A stretch of 25,935 nt of DNA from positions 1 through 25,935 of the IMG/VR virus record IMGVR_UViG_2636415858_000002, one strand, 5' to 3'. The DNA comes from a virus. Its lineage: Duplodnaviria; Heunggongvirae; Uroviricota; Caudoviricetes. The notes beneath the pieces were generated by a model. The model worked only from the letters and a program-made list of their open reading frames with translations. It was not told where the DNA came from and ran no database searches. This document shows positions 9,720 through 20,120 of this stretch, in pieces. The stretch's first letter is position 1. Each line of letters begins with the position of its first letter. A program made the translations under genes and the position numbers.

Positions 9720-9874
9720 AAGTGAATTTTGTGATGCGGTGCCTAGTGCCTCCAGGTGACGTTAACCAGTTAACAATTACAGTCGGCTTTCCCACCCAAA
9801 CCAATAAGGACTAACATGACTTTTAACTGTGCCGCGTGCGCTTAGCCGCATTCACCGCATCACAAAATTCACTT
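9720..9874. repeat. 22-bp perfect inverted repeats (aagtgaattttgtgatgcggtg / caccgcatcacaaaattcactt) flanking a 111-bp core
   Basis: Read directly: left arm 9720..9741, right arm 9853..9874; core contains near-palindrome gttaaccagttaac. Confidence 0.7.
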
Positions 9875-10141
9875 TAAAAAGGGCGGACATCAGCCAGCAA
9901 TTAAACCGATGCCGCCAACTGGTACTTCACACAGCAATGTCGTTATTTACAACCGGAAGCGCACTCCCACCATTTAAATTTCACAGACAAGACCGACTCT
10001 TTATGAATACCGGAAATGCGCCTTCGTGTTGTGCCCGGTTTTATTTCACCACCTCCGGGCTTTGGTGGCCTCGGCTATGAGGTAGCCTGAGTTTAACGGA
10101 CACTCCTTCCTGAAATAGAATGGCATCAGAAGGAGCTAATA

Positions 10142-10444
10142 ATGAGCAGAAAAAACCAACGTTACTCTAAAGAGTTCAAAGCCGAAGCTGTCAGAACGGT
10201 TCTTGAAAATCAACTTTCGATCAGTGAAGGCGCTTCCCGATTATCCCTTCCTGAAGGCACTTTAGGACAATGGGTTACCGCCGCCAGAAAAGGGCTCGGT
10301 ACTCCTGGTTCCCGCACGGTGGCTGAACTGGAATCTGAAATTCTGCAACTGCGTAAGGCGTTAAATGAAGCTCGCCTTGAGCGAGATATATTAAAAAAAG
10401 CAACAGCGTATTTTGCACAGGAGTCGCTGAAAAATACGCGTTAA
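10142..10444 (+). CDS. IS600 OrfA (100 aa)
   Basis: Identical protein to 8432..8734. Confidence 0.9.
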   Translation: MSRKNQRYSKEFKAEAVRTVLENQLSISEGASRLSLPEGTLGQWVTAARKGLGTPGSRTVAELESEILQLRKALNEARLERDILKKATAYFAQESLKNTR

Positions 10445-10479
10445 TCGAACAATGGCGACAACAATTTCCCATTGAAGCG

Positions 10480-11298
10480 ATGTGTCAGGTATTTGGTGTA
10501 TCCAGGAGCGGTTATTACAACTGGGTACAGCATGAACCCTCAGACAGAAAACAAAGTGATGAGCGGCTAAAACTGGAGATTAAGGTGGCACATATCCGCA
10601 CTCGCGAAACATATGGAACCCGGCGGCTCCAGACGGAGCTGGCAGAGAATGGCATCATCGTTGGTCGTGACCGACTGGCACGTCTTCGTAAGGAGCTAAG
10701 GCTACGCTGTAAGCAGAAACGCAAGTTCAGAGCGACTACGAACCCGAACCACAATCTGCCAGTTGCGCCAAATCTGCTGAACCAGACGTTCGCTCCTACA
10801 GCACCAAATCAGGTCTGGGTGGCGGACCTGACGTATGTTGCCACACAGGAGGGATGGTTGTACCTCGCTGGCATCAAAGATGTTTATACGTGCGAAATTG
10901 TCGGCTACGCCATGGGAGAGCGCATGACAAAAGAGCTGACAGGTAAAGCCCTGTTTATGGCGCTCAGGAGCCAGCGCCCACCTGCCGGGCTAATCCACCA
11001 CTCTGATCGAGGTTCACAGTACTGCGCATACGATTACCGGGTCATACAGGAGCAGTCTGGTCTGAAAACATCAATGTCGCGTAAAGGTCACTGTTACGAC
11101 AACGCTCCGATGGAAAGCTTCTGGGGAACGCTGAAAAATGAGAGCCTGAGCCACTATCGTTTTAATAACCGGGATGAAGCCATCTCAGTAATACGGGAAT
11201 ACATTGAGATTTTCTACAATCGTCAGCGTCGTCACTCTCGTCTGGGGAATATCTCCCCGGCAGCCTTCAGGGAAAAATATCATCAGATGGCTGCTTAA
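10480..11298 (+). CDS. IS600 OrfB
   Basis: Identical protein to 7578..8396; frame is -1 relative to orfA across the A7 run at 10393..10399. Confidence 0.9.
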   Translation: MCQVFGVSRSGYYNWVQHEPSDRKQSDERLKLEIKVAHIRTRETYGTRRLQTELAENGIIVGRDRLARLRKELRLRCKQKRKFRATTNPNHNLPVAPNLLNQTFAPTAPNQVWVADLTYVATQEGWLYLAGIKDVYTCEIVGYAMGERMTKELTGKALFMALRSQRPPAGLIHHSDRGSQYCAYDYRVIQEQSGLKTSMSRKGHCYDNAPMESFWGTLKNESLSHYRFNNRDEAISVIREYIEIFYNRQRRHSRLGNISPAAFREKYHQMAA

Positions 11299-11343
11299 AA
11301 AAAGAACAAATGGTAGTGTCCGCTATTGCCAGTACACCTCATG

Positions 11344-11720
11344 ATGGACTGTGTGCAGTTTGTTCCCGATCCGAAAAAACGCAGCATCCGGAGACCGCTT
11401 GTTGAAGAGGATATTGAAGAAATCATTACCCGTCTTAATCTGCGTGCGGAGGTCTTTAAGCTGCATGTGGATTTTTTCGCTACCGTCGTCAGCTAGATAT
11501 CCCCCCGCGTTATCTCGACCCCGACAGACCGTTCGGGGTGGTGGATTACGTTAATGTTCCCCGTACCATTGCGACCGTTATCTCCTCCGGTAAGGCTTCA
11601 AAAGCTGAACTGGATTCTGTCCTTGGTGTGCAGGACTTATGGGATCTGCTGGAAATAATTCATGTGGATGCCCATAACGAACAGGTGATACAGGAGAACA
11701 GAAATGGCGCAGGTACTTGA
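11344..11720 (+). pseudogene. tail assembly chaperone G/GT-type 3' fragment with -1 frameshift site; 5' part removed by IS600
   Basis: Upstream frame ends VDFFATVVS* at 11496; slippery heptamer T TTT TTC at 11472..11478; -1 frame stays open to 11720, overlapping the tape-measure start. Confidence 0.5.
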
Positions 11721-13725
11721 TGAGCTTGTTCTGTCCCTCGGGATTGATGACAGGGACTTTACTGCCGGGGAACAGGCAGTACATGCTGCCCTTAACCGGC
11801 TCACGACGGTGATGGAAGGTGTCGCTGACACATTCAGTCAGGGACAGAAGAAAACCAGTGAATCACTGGAAAAAACCGGAAAAGATGCTGATAAAACGGC
11901 CCGTCGAATGGAAGATGCCGGGAAACGGGCGTCCCGTTTTTTTTCAGGGATCCGTAGCGAGATTCTGGCTCTTGCGGGTGTCAGTCTGACGCTGGGGGGG
12001 CTGAAGAACCTGGTAACAGGTTTTGCCCGTGATCTGAACCGTCTGTCCGTGGAATCCGATGCTTTTGGCATGAAGGCCAGAAATCTGGACGGATGGTTAC
12101 GGGCTGCGCGGGCAAATAATGTTGATGAAGGGGAAATGTCTGGGGCATTTTCCCGGCTTGCAAATGCAAAAGCGGCCTTCAGAGCCGGAAGGTCCTTTGA
12201 TCCTGTGTTACAGGATTTGTTTCAGGTTGCAGCCAGGGCGGGCATTAGTGTTGATTTAAATACTGACAGCACTGAAGCCATCATGCGCAAGCTGGCGGTT
12301 ATTTTTCCGCGACTGACAAAGTCCGAACAAACTGCCTACGGCAACGCGCTGGGCTTCAGTTATGCCGGACAGCAGTTTCTTGGCTCCGGTCATGCGCTGA
12401 AAGATGTGGACGAATTTACTTCCCGTTCGCAGGTTACGCCGGGGCGTACAGCGCTGGCCCGTAAGCTACGAAAAGAGCTTGTTGAGCTCGATCAGACCTG
12501 GTCCGGCATCGGGATGACGATTAGCACCGCGTTGATGCCGTACGCGCTGAAGCTCAGCCACTGGCTGGAGACACTCGGTGACTGGATGCAGCAACATCCG
12601 GAGGAAGTGAACAGGTTTATCACCACATTTCTGAATGACGTTGAGTCAGTGGCCTCCCTGGCGAATAAGGCTGCCGGAGAACTGGGGGGCTGGCAGAATG
12701 TCATTATTACGCTGATCGGGCTGAAAGTGGCGTCATGGGTGCGGGGGCTGACAAAAGCCCTCAGTGGCCCCGGAGGCCTTCTTTTTGCGATAACGGCGCT
12801 TTACCCGGTTGTTGACGGATTACTGACATCCATTGTTGGCAGGGAAAATAAGGACTGGCTGGATTCACATGGTTTTTTCTGGGCTTCAGACGGGACTTTC
12901 TTTTTCAATAAGAAAGAGATGGAGACGTATCAGACAAAACTGGATGTCGGAGAAAAGCCTGGCAACATCACCCGGGCACAATCACCCACAGTATGGCAGC
13001 AGGGCATGCTGGATACTCAGGCTTCTCAGGCAACCGGGAGGGAAGCAGCCTTCGGTGAATCCTGGCTACAGGGTATGCGTGCGACGCAGGAAAAACTCGG
13101 TAATGCCATGCAAAACCGCCAGCGACCGACGAAGACCGGGGAAGCCCTGTTAGGCTGGCTGCAACCGAAACTGTCTCAACTGGAGGAAAAATATAACCTG
13201 CCGCCCGGACTGCTGCGCAGCGTTGCGATCACCGAATCCCGTGGTAATCAGTTTGCCGTCTCACCTGCTGGTGCGATGGGACTGTTTCAGTTCATGCCGA
13301 AGACGGCCAGTGAATTTGGTCTGAGGGGGAACGATGCCTTTGATCCCGAAAAAGCCGCTGATGCCGCCGCGAGAAAACTTGGTGGCCTGATACGTTTTTT
13401 TCATGGCGATCTGGCTAAGGCTCTGGCGGCATATAACTGGGGAGAGGGAAATGTTCAGCGTAAGGGACTGGCTGCTGCTCCGGAGGAGACCCGCAACTAT
13501 ATTCCGCGGGTGCTGGCGAACCTGCCTTATCCGGGTGCGGCAATGGCCATACGGTCGCTCCATCCTGCGCCTGTATCGCAGTCCACCGTAACGGAAACCA
13601 CGCATATCGGGACACTGAATGTCACCACAACGTCGGACAATGTGAAGGGTATTACCGATGACGCACGTCGGCGTATCACGAATTCGGCGCTTGTGTCGGT
13701 TTATTCCAGCGGGGTAACAGGATGA
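11704..13725 (+). CDS. tail tape-measure-like protein with C-terminal lytic transglycosylase (SLT) domain
   Basis: 673 aa; AGGAGA RBS; SLT motifs ITESRGNQFAVSPAGAMGLFQFMP and AAYNWGEGN; position directly after chaperone frameshift site. Confidence 0.7.
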   Translation: MAQVLDELVLSLGIDDRDFTAGEQAVHAALNRLTTVMEGVADTFSQGQKKTSESLEKTGKDADKTARRMEDAGKRASRFFSGIRSEILALAGVSLTLGGLKNLVTGFARDLNRLSVESDAFGMKARNLDGWLRAARANNVDEGEMSGAFSRLANAKAAFRAGRSFDPVLQDLFQVAARAGISVDLNTDSTEAIMRKLAVIFPRLTKSEQTAYGNALGFSYAGQQFLGSGHALKDVDEFTSRSQVTPGRTALARKLRKELVELDQTWSGIGMTISTALMPYALKLSHWLETLGDWMQQHPEEVNRFITTFLNDVESVASLANKAAGELGGWQNVIITLIGLKVASWVRGLTKALSGPGGLLFAITALYPVVDGLLTSIVGRENKDWLDSHGFFWASDGTFFFNKKEMETYQTKLDVGEKPGNITRAQSPTVWQQGMLDTQASQATGREAAFGESWLQGMRATQEKLGNAMQNRQRPTKTGEALLGWLQPKLSQLEEKYNLPPGLLRSVAITESRGNQFAVSPAGAMGLFQFMPKTASEFGLRGNDAFDPEKAADAAARKLGGLIRFFHGDLAKALAAYNWGEGNVQRKGLAAAPEETRNYIPRVLANLPYPGAAMAIRSLHPAPVSQSTVTETTHIGTLNVTTTSDNVKGITDDARRRITNSALVSVYSSGVTG

Positions 13726-14432
13726 GTTTTTCTTTCGATAATATTTCCCTGAATAACTTTTCGCTCAGTGAAAGTAACGTACTGAGTGCAGTTCGTGGCG
13801 GCGGTGTCCTGGGACTCATTAATAGTGTACTGGCACCGTCATTCGGTATTTATTACGCACGGAATGATCCGGCAGGTGCCCATCAGAAGGGTGGCAAACC
13901 TTTCTCCCCGGATTCTTTTGTTGTCGTTGAGGTGGGCGCGGAGGCTTCTGTTTCCACCGTCCCCGTGGAGCAGGGGGCTTATACCACCTTTAATAAAATC
14001 CAGAGATCGCCGGAACTGCATGTGACTTTCATTGTAGAGGGGTGGACGGCCTTTTCCGGATCCGTCCCGAACCTGACAAATTTTTCCACCACCTCGCGGA
14101 CGAATGTGCTGGAAACGCTTGAAAGGATGCGTACCACGGCAGGACTCTACGATATTGAGACGCCGGACAAGACATGGACATCCTGCGACCTTGTGAAATA
14201 TGACTACCGAATGCGAAGTAATAATGGTCCGACCTTACTGACGGTTACTGCGGTATTTCAGACCGTAATGAATACAGGAGAGGTGTCAGTGGGAAGTACG
14301 GATAAGTCGTCTCCCACGGACAACGATAAAGCAAAAGGGGCCGCATCGGTTAAAACGCAGCCAGTTACGGCGTCGGTGACACAACCGTCAGACGCTGACA
14401 GACGAAGTGCCACGAACAGGGGGATCACCTGA
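13722..14432 (+). CDS. phage tail protein, function unassigned
   Basis: 236-aa ORF; ATGA overlap with the tape-measure stop; no family recognised. Confidence 0.5.
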   Translation: MSFSFDNISLNNFSLSESNVLSAVRGGGVLGLINSVLAPSFGIYYARNDPAGAHQKGGKPFSPDSFVVVEVGAEASVSTVPVEQGAYTTFNKIQRSPELHVTFIVEGWTAFSGSVPNLTNFSTTSRTNVLETLERMRTTAGLYDIETPDKTWTSCDLVKYDYRMRSNNGPTLLTVTAVFQTVMNTGEVSVGSTDKSSPTDNDKAKGAASVKTQPVTASVTQPSDADRRSATNRGIT

Positions 14433-14734
14433 TGCTGGAAATTGTTTTATCTCCCGTTAAAGCCCAGCAGTTTACGGTGACACTGGGCGCTCAGGTCTGC
14501 ACCATTCGCCTGAATCAGCGTACTACGGGGATGTATATCGATATCATTGTTAATGGTGAACCGTGCCTGTATGGCGTGCTGTGTCTGAATAATAACCGGA
14601 TTGTCCGGTACGGATACCTGCCGTTTCAGGGGGACCTGTTTTTTACCGACACGGAGGGGAATAGTGACCCTGACTGGCGGGGGCTCGGATCCCGGTACCG
14701 GCTCTACTGGCTGTTACCTGAGGAACTGATATGA
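14432..14734 (+). CDS. phage tail protein, function unassigned
   Basis: 100-aa ORF; TGATG overlap with the upstream gene; no family recognised. Confidence 0.45.
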   Translation: MLEIVLSPVKAQQFTVTLGAQVCTIRLNQRTTGMYIDIIVNGEPCLYGVLCLNNNRIVRYGYLPFQGDLFFTDTEGNSDPDWRGLGSRYRLYWLLPEELI

Positions 14735-14841
14735 GCTACAGACAACGTAAAATAAGTAAGCGTAAACTGACCGCCGTATGTAGCCATTAAGCCTGTATTG
14801 GTAACGTAGGTGCCCACCTTTTCAACTAGTGGACACCTGTT

Positions 14842-15261
14842 ATGGAACAGAAAGCATTATCTGCAGAACCCCGCAGATCATTTTCAAATGAGTTTAAACT
14901 TCAAATGGTTAAACTGGCTTCACAACCAGGAGCCTCTGTTGCCCGTATTGCCCGGGAACACGATATCAATGATAACCTGCTGTTCAAATGGCTCAGGCTC
15001 TGGCAGAACGAAGGGCGCATATCGCGGCGTCTTCCGGTAACAACCTCTTCTGACACTGGCGTTGAATTATTACCTGTGGAGATAACGCCGGATGAGCCGA
15101 AAGAACCTGTGGCTGCTCTTACTTCGTCTTTATCTACTCAGACTACAGTTAGTGCCAGCTCCTGCAAGGTGGAGTTCCGTCACGGTAACATGACGCTGGA
15201 AAATCCTTCACCAGAGCTGCTCACAGTGTTGATCCGTGAACTGACCGGGAGGGGACGATGA
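14842..15261 (+). CDS. IS66-family Orf1 (HTH accessory protein)
   Basis: 139-aa ORF, first of the three-gene IS66 arrangement. Confidence 0.7.
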   Translation: MEQKALSAEPRRSFSNEFKLQMVKLASQPGASVARIAREHDINDNLLFKWLRLWQNEGRISRRLPVTTSSDTGVELLPVEITPDEPKEPVAALTSSLSTQTTVSASSCKVEFRHGNMTLENPSPELLTVLIRELTGRGR

Positions 15262-15608
15262 TCTCACTCCCGTCAGGCACCCGCATCTGGCTCGTTGCTG
15301 GGATAACCGATATGCGTAAGTCTTTCAACGGGCTGGGTGAACAGGTACAGCATGTGCTGAATGATAATCCCTTCTCCGGTCACCTGTTCATCTTCCGTGG
15401 CCGACGGGGTGACATGATTAAAATCCTGTGGGCTGATGCTGATGGTCTGTGCCTGTTCACCAGACGCCTGGAGGAAGGCCAGTTTATCTGGCCTGCTGTG
15501 CGTGACGGCAAGGTATCCATTACCCGCTCGCAACTGGCAATGCTCCTCGATAAGCTGGACTGGCGTCAGCCAAAAACATCCCGCCTTAATGCACTGACAA
15601 TGTTGTAA
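15258..15608 (+). CDS. IS66-family Orf2 (TnpB-type accessory protein)
   Basis: 116-aa ORF MISLPSGTRIWLVAGITDMRKSFNGL... Confidence 0.75.
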   Translation: MISLPSGTRIWLVAGITDMRKSFNGLGEQVQHVLNDNPFSGHLFIFRGRRGDMIKILWADADGLCLFTRRLEEGQFIWPAVRDGKVSITRSQLAMLLDKLDWRQPKTSRLNALTML

Positions 15609-15638
15609 AAATGTCATGGCCGGATTATAAAAACGGCC

Positions 15639-17231
15639 ATGAATCAAAAATACCTCATTCGCATTGCAGAACTGGAATGCCAGCTCCGTCAGAAAGACCA
15701 GCAACTGAGTCTGGTTGAAGAGACGGAGGCCTTCCTGCGCTCTGCACTGGCCCGCGCCGAAGAAAAGATCGAAGAAGATGAACGGGAAATAGAACATCTG
15801 CGGGCTCAGATAGAAAAACTGCGCCGGATGCTGTTCGGTACCCGTTCTGAAAAACTGCGTCGTGAAGTTGAACAGGCTGAGGCCCTGCTGAAACAACGCG
15901 AACAGGACAGTGATCGTTACAGTGGGCGGGAAGACGATCCGCAGGTTCCCCGCCAGTTGCGACAGTCTCGTCATCGTCGCCCGTTACCGGAGCATCTGCC
16001 CCGCGAAATAAATCGCCTGGAGCCAGAAGAAAGCTGTTGCCCGGAGTGTGGCGGTGAGCTGGATTATCTGGGGGAAGTCAGCGCAGAACAACTGGAACTG
16101 GTGAGCAGCGCTCTGAAAGTGATCCGCACAGAACGGGTAAAAAAAGCCTGTACAAAATGTGACTGCATCGTTGAAGCACCGGCACCATCCCGTCCGATAG
16201 AGCGTGGTATCGCGGGCCCGGGGTTACTTGCCCGCGTGTTAACGGGAAAATACTGCGAACACCTGCCACTGTATCGTCAGAGTGAAATTTTTGCCCGTCA
16301 GGGTGTCGAACTGAGCCGTGCATTACTCTCCAACTTGGTTGACGCGTGCTGCCAGTTAATGACGCCGCTGAATGATGCTCTGTACCGTTATGTAATGAAC
16401 AGCCGCAAAGTTCACACTGATGACACACCAGTAAAAGTGCTGGCACCGGGCAGGAAGAAGGCGAAAACAGGATATATCTGGACGTATGTCCGGGATGACA
16501 GGAATGCCGGTTCGCCAGAGCCTCCGGCGGTCTGGTTCGCCTACTCACCGGACCATCAGGGTAAACATCCGGAGCAGCACCTTAGTCCCTTCCGGGGTAT
16601 CCTGCAGGCAGATGCGTTTAATGGTTACGATCGGCTGTTCAGTGCCGAACGAGAAGGCGGCGCGTTGACGGAAGCAGGATGCTGGGCTCATGCGCGGCGC
16701 AAAGTCCACGATGTATATATCAGTACCAAAAGCGCGACAGCGGAAGAAGCCCTGAAACTAATCGGTGAGCTGTACGCCATCGAGCACGAAATACGCGGGT
16801 TGCCGGTGTCTGAACGCCTGGCGGTCAGGCAAATGCAGAGTAAACCGCTACTGACTTCCCTGTATAAGCTGATGCAGGAGAAAGAACACACGTTATCGAA
16901 AAAATGCCGTCTGAGAGATGCGTTCCGGTATATCAGGAAGCACTGGGTTGCGTTGTGCAACTTCAGTGATGATGGTCTGGCTGAGGCGGATAATAATGCC
17001 GCGGAAAGAGCGCTTCGTGCAGTCTGTCTCGGAAAGAAAAACTTTATGTTCTTCGGCAGCGATCACGGTGGAGAGCGTGGTGCGCTACTGTACGGGCTGA
17101 TCGGCACCTGCCGACTGAACGGTATCGATCCGGAAGCGTATCTGCGCTATATCCTGAGCGTACTGCCGGAATGGCCTTCCAACCGTGTTGACGAACTCCT
17201 GCCATGGAACGTAGCACTCACCAATAAATAA
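15639..17231 (+). CDS. IS66-family transposase (Orf3)
   Basis: 530-aa ORF with N-terminal coiled coil, CPECGG zinc-finger-like motif and DDE-type core. Confidence 0.8.
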   Translation: MNQKYLIRIAELECQLRQKDQQLSLVEETEAFLRSALARAEEKIEEDEREIEHLRAQIEKLRRMLFGTRSEKLRREVEQAEALLKQREQDSDRYSGREDDPQVPRQLRQSRHRRPLPEHLPREINRLEPEESCCPECGGELDYLGEVSAEQLELVSSALKVIRTERVKKACTKCDCIVEAPAPSRPIERGIAGPGLLARVLTGKYCEHLPLYRQSEIFARQGVELSRALLSNLVDACCQLMTPLNDALYRYVMNSRKVHTDDTPVKVLAPGRKKAKTGYIWTYVRDDRNAGSPEPPAVWFAYSPDHQGKHPEQHLSPFRGILQADAFNGYDRLFSAEREGGALTEAGCWAHARRKVHDVYISTKSATAEEALKLIGELYAIEHEIRGLPVSERLAVRQMQSKPLLTSLYKLMQEKEHTLSKKCRLRDAFRYIRKHWVALCNFSDDGLAEADNNAAERALRAVCLGKKNFMFFGSDHGGERGALLYGLIGTCRLNGIDPEAYLRYILSVLPEWPSNRVDELLPWNVALTNK

Positions 17232-17262
17232 GCGTCAATACGGTGCTCCGTTGACGCTTACC

Positions 17263-18006
17263 CATGATACTGATGTAGTCACGCTTTATCGTTTTCACGA
17301 AGCTCTCTGCTATTCCGTTACTCTCCGGACTCCGCACCGCCGTGTTCTTCGGTTCAAGTCCCAACATCCGGGCGAACTGGCGTGCTTCATTAGCCCGGTA
17401 GCATGAACCATTATCCGTCAGCCACTCCACTGGAGACGACGGAAGATCGTTGCCGAAGCGGCGTTCCACCGCTCCCAGCATGACGTCCTGTACTGTTTCA
17501 CTGTTGAAGCCGCCGGTAGTCACCGCCCAGTGCAGTGCCTCACGATCACAGCAGTCCAGCGCGAACGTGACACGCAGTCTCTCTCCGTTATCACAGCAGA
17601 ACTCGAACCCGTCAGAGCACCATCGCTGATTGCTTTCTTTCACGGCCACTCTGCCTGTATGTGCCCGTTTCGATGGCGGTACAGCAGGTTTTCGCTCAAG
17701 CAACAGCGCATTCTGGCGCATGATCCGGTAAACACGTTTGGCATTGATCGCAGGCATACCATCAAGTTCTGCCTGTCTGCGAAGCAGCGCCCATACCCGA
17801 CGATAACCATACGTGGGCAGCTCTCCGATAACATGGTGTATACGGAGAAGCACATCCGTATCATCAGTGTGACGACTGCGGCGGCCATCCATCCAGTCAT
17901 CGGTTCGTCTGAGAATGACGTGCAACTGCGCACGCGACACCCGGAGACAACGGCTGACTAAGCTTACTCCCCATCCCCGGGCAATAAGGGCGCGTGCGCT
18001 ATCCAC
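17263..18006 (-). pseudogene. insD: IS2 OrfB transposase, C-terminally truncated
   Basis: Matches InsD up to ...KRDYISIM, then reads into the IS66-family element end. Confidence 0.8.
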
Positions 18007-18329
18007 TTTTTTGCCCGTCCATATTCAACGGCTTCTTTGAGGAGTTCATTTTCCATCGTTTTCTTGCCGAGCAGGCGCTGGAGTTCTTTAATCTGCTTCA
18101 TGGCGGCAGCAAGTTCAGAGGCAGGAACAACCTGTTCTCCGGCGGCCACAGCAGTAAGACTTCCTTCCTGGTATTGCTTACGCCAGAGAAATAACTGGCT
18201 GGCTGCTACACCATGTTGCCGGGCAACGAGGGAGACCGTCATCCCCGGTTCAAAGCTCTGCTGAACAATTGCGATCTTTTCCTGTGTGGTACGCCGTCTG
18301 CGTTTCTCCGGCCCTAAGACATCAATCAT
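17964..18329 (-). CDS. insC: IS2 OrfA
   Basis: [56 protein letters not shown]... Confidence 0.85.
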
Positions 18330-18420
18330 CTGTACTCCAATGACTAGTCTAAAAACTAGTATTAAGACTATCACTTATTTAAGTGATACTGGTTGTCTGG
18401 AGATTCAGGGGGCCAGTCTA

Positions 18421-18746
18421 ATCAGGCACCGTTTTACAACGGAAAATCGGATACCCGGACTGTTGACCTGTCTGATGCTGTATACCGGCGGCTGATACTG
18501 ATGAAAGCCATGTCGAACATTACTGACTGTTCCGTTCCGGATATTAACCGGATGCTGAGATTTATGTTCGGAAAAAAACGGCGAGCTTATGTTCTGAATA
18601 ATGGTGGGCTGAGGATGAGTTACATCTTTGAGTCCGCGCTCTCGTTGGCAGAACTGGCGATTATCCAGTCGTCGGGTGCACTGCCGTCCCCGCCGGGTGT
18701 TTATGTTTCAGTAGTTTTAAAGGAGTCCCGTAATGAAGGCCAGTGA
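18421..18746 (+). pseudogene. phage baseplate-type protein (P2 gpI-like position), 3' fragment; 5' part lost at the IS2 junction
   Basis: Frame continuous from the IS2 end to a stop overlapping the tail-fibre ATG (TAATG); assignment by position only. Confidence 0.35.
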
Positions 18747-20118
18747 TAAACCCCGCCAGCTGGCGGTCCCCTTTGCGAGTACCGGAGATAAAAACCGTAT
18801 CCCGGACAAGGCGACACAGCAGACCAGAGAGAGCGGTAATGCTGCGTATGATTCAGGTTTTCCTCCGGTGACCATGACAGCGGTCTCAGCGGGAGGTATA
18901 CCGCCACACGGCAAGGATTTTAACGGTCTGATGTACGATATTACCGCAGCAATACGGTTCGCCCAGGCTGGCGGTTTGTACACGTATAATGCCGGTTTTG
19001 CGGGGGCCATTGGTGGATATGCAAAAGGAGCCATTCTCGCCGGAGTCGCAACAACAGCGGTCTGGCTGAATACCACAGACGATAACCTGACCGATCCTGA
19101 AGGCTCCGACAGTGCGGGCTGGGTAAATCTTCTTGAGGATCCGAAAAGGATATTCCTGCGGCAGAAGAACAATCTGTCAGACCTTCAGAATAAAGGGACG
19201 GTACGGGATAATCTTCAGGTTTACAGTAAAGAGCAGTCAGATCAACGCTATGTTCATCGGGAAGGCGATAAAATAACCGGAGAGCTGAAAATCCGTGGTG
19301 TTAATGCGCTGAGGATTTTCAACGAAGCTTTTGGCCTGATTTTTCGTCGTTCGGAAGAGTGCCTGCACCTTATTCCCACCAGTGAAGGTCAGGGGGAAAA
19401 TGGCGATATTGGTCCCCTGCGCCCGTTCACCATTAATTTGCGGACGGGTGAAATATCCATGTCGCATAAAGTGTCTGTTGGCGGTGGTTCGCAGGTCAAT
19501 GGTGCGCTGGGTATCGGCGTTCAGAACGCCCTGGGGGGGAATTCAATTGTTCTTGGTGATAATGACACCGGATTTAAACAGAATGGAGACGGTATTCTGG
19601 ATGTTTATGCTAATAGTCAGCGTGTATTCCGCTTTCAGAATGGAGTGGCTATTGCTTTTAAGAATATTCAGGCCGGAACTGCCAGAAAATTCACGTTATC
19701 CAGCGCCAACAACTCCACGAAAAATGCAGCGTTTTATTTGTGGGGTAATCCATCCAGGTCTGTTGTTGCAGAGCTTGGCGATGATTCAGGCTGGCATTTT
19801 TTCAGCCAGAGGAATACAGATAACAGCATCACGTTCGCCGTAAACGGACAGGTAATTCCGTTAAATTACGGAAACTTCGATGCCCGCTATAAACATCGAA
19901 CTGAGGGGGTACAGGATGTGCGGTATGGTTATGAAATGTATTACAACCCTGGCAGCAACACCGTTTCATGGACGTTTCGCTCACCTTCGGGACACGGGTT
20001 GTCAGGGATATCGATATCGGATACCGGCCGTAACTCAGCGGATAACGTCAACGGTGTGTATTACCGACCGCTGCAAAAACTGATTAATGGCATCTGGTAT
20101 AACGTAGCGAGTATTTAA
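18733..20118 (+). CDS. tail fibre protein with P2 gpH-like C-terminal domain
   Basis: 461 aa; C-terminal region [51 protein letters not shown]...[11 protein letters not shown] resembles the P2 H C-terminus as recalled. Confidence 0.7.
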   Translation: MKASDKPRQLAVPFASTGDKNRIPDKATQQTRESGNAAYDSGFPPVTMTAVSAGGIPPHGKDFNGLMYDITAAIRFAQAGGLYTYNAGFAGAIGGYAKGAILAGVATTAVWLNTTDDNLTDPEGSDSAGWVNLLEDPKRIFLRQKNNLSDLQNKGTVRDNLQVYSKEQSDQRYVHREGDKITGELKIRGVNALRIFNEAFGLIFRRSEECLHLIPTSEGQGENGDIGPLRPFTINLRTGEISMSHKVSVGGGSQVNGALGIGVQNALGGNSIVLGDNDTGFKQNGDGILDVYANSQRVFRFQNGVAIAFKNIQAGTARKFTLSSANNSTKNAAFYLWGNPSRSVVAELGDDSGWHFFSQRNTDNSITFAVNGQVIPLNYGNFDARYKHRTEGVQDVRYGYEMYYNPGSNTVSWTFRSPSGHGLSGISISDTGRNSADNVNGVYYRPLQKLINGIWYNVASI

Positions 20119-20120
20119 CA

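Larger units (their letters stand above)
10078..11341 (+). mobile_element. IS600 copy 3, 1264 bp, A7 form, no target-site duplication
   Basis: IRL tgaggtagcctgagtttaacgg at 10078; IRR ...ccagtacacctca ending 11341; flanks cta and tga. Confidence 0.9.
14756..17261 (+). mobile_element. IS66-family element, about 2.5 kb, three ORFs, no target-site duplication
   Basis: Imperfect terminal repeats gtaagcgtaaactgaccgcc (left) and ...ggagcaccgtattgacgcttac rc (right); orf1/orf2 ATGA overlap; large transposase ORF. Confidence 0.75.
17263..18420 (-). mobile_element. IS2 (IS3 family), truncated by about 170 bp at its right end where the IS66-family element abuts
   Basis: IRL rc ...agattcagggggccagtcta ending 18420 with internal palindromes; orfB homology stops at 17263. 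Confidence 0.8.

Noticed and set aside
9593-10080. Plus-strand ORFs 9593..9814 and 9829..10080
   Set aside because: They span the inverted-repeat element and run into the IS600 terminus, with no RBS; more likely non-coding.
11351-11784. ORFs 11351..11554, 11578..11784 and 11637..11831
   Set aside because: They overlap the chaperone frameshift region and the tape-measure start in other frames or on the opposite strand; the G/GT reading accounts for the coding signal.
15273-15974. 233-aa minus-strand ORF
   Set aside because: It is antisense to IS66-family orf2 and orf3, with no independent support.
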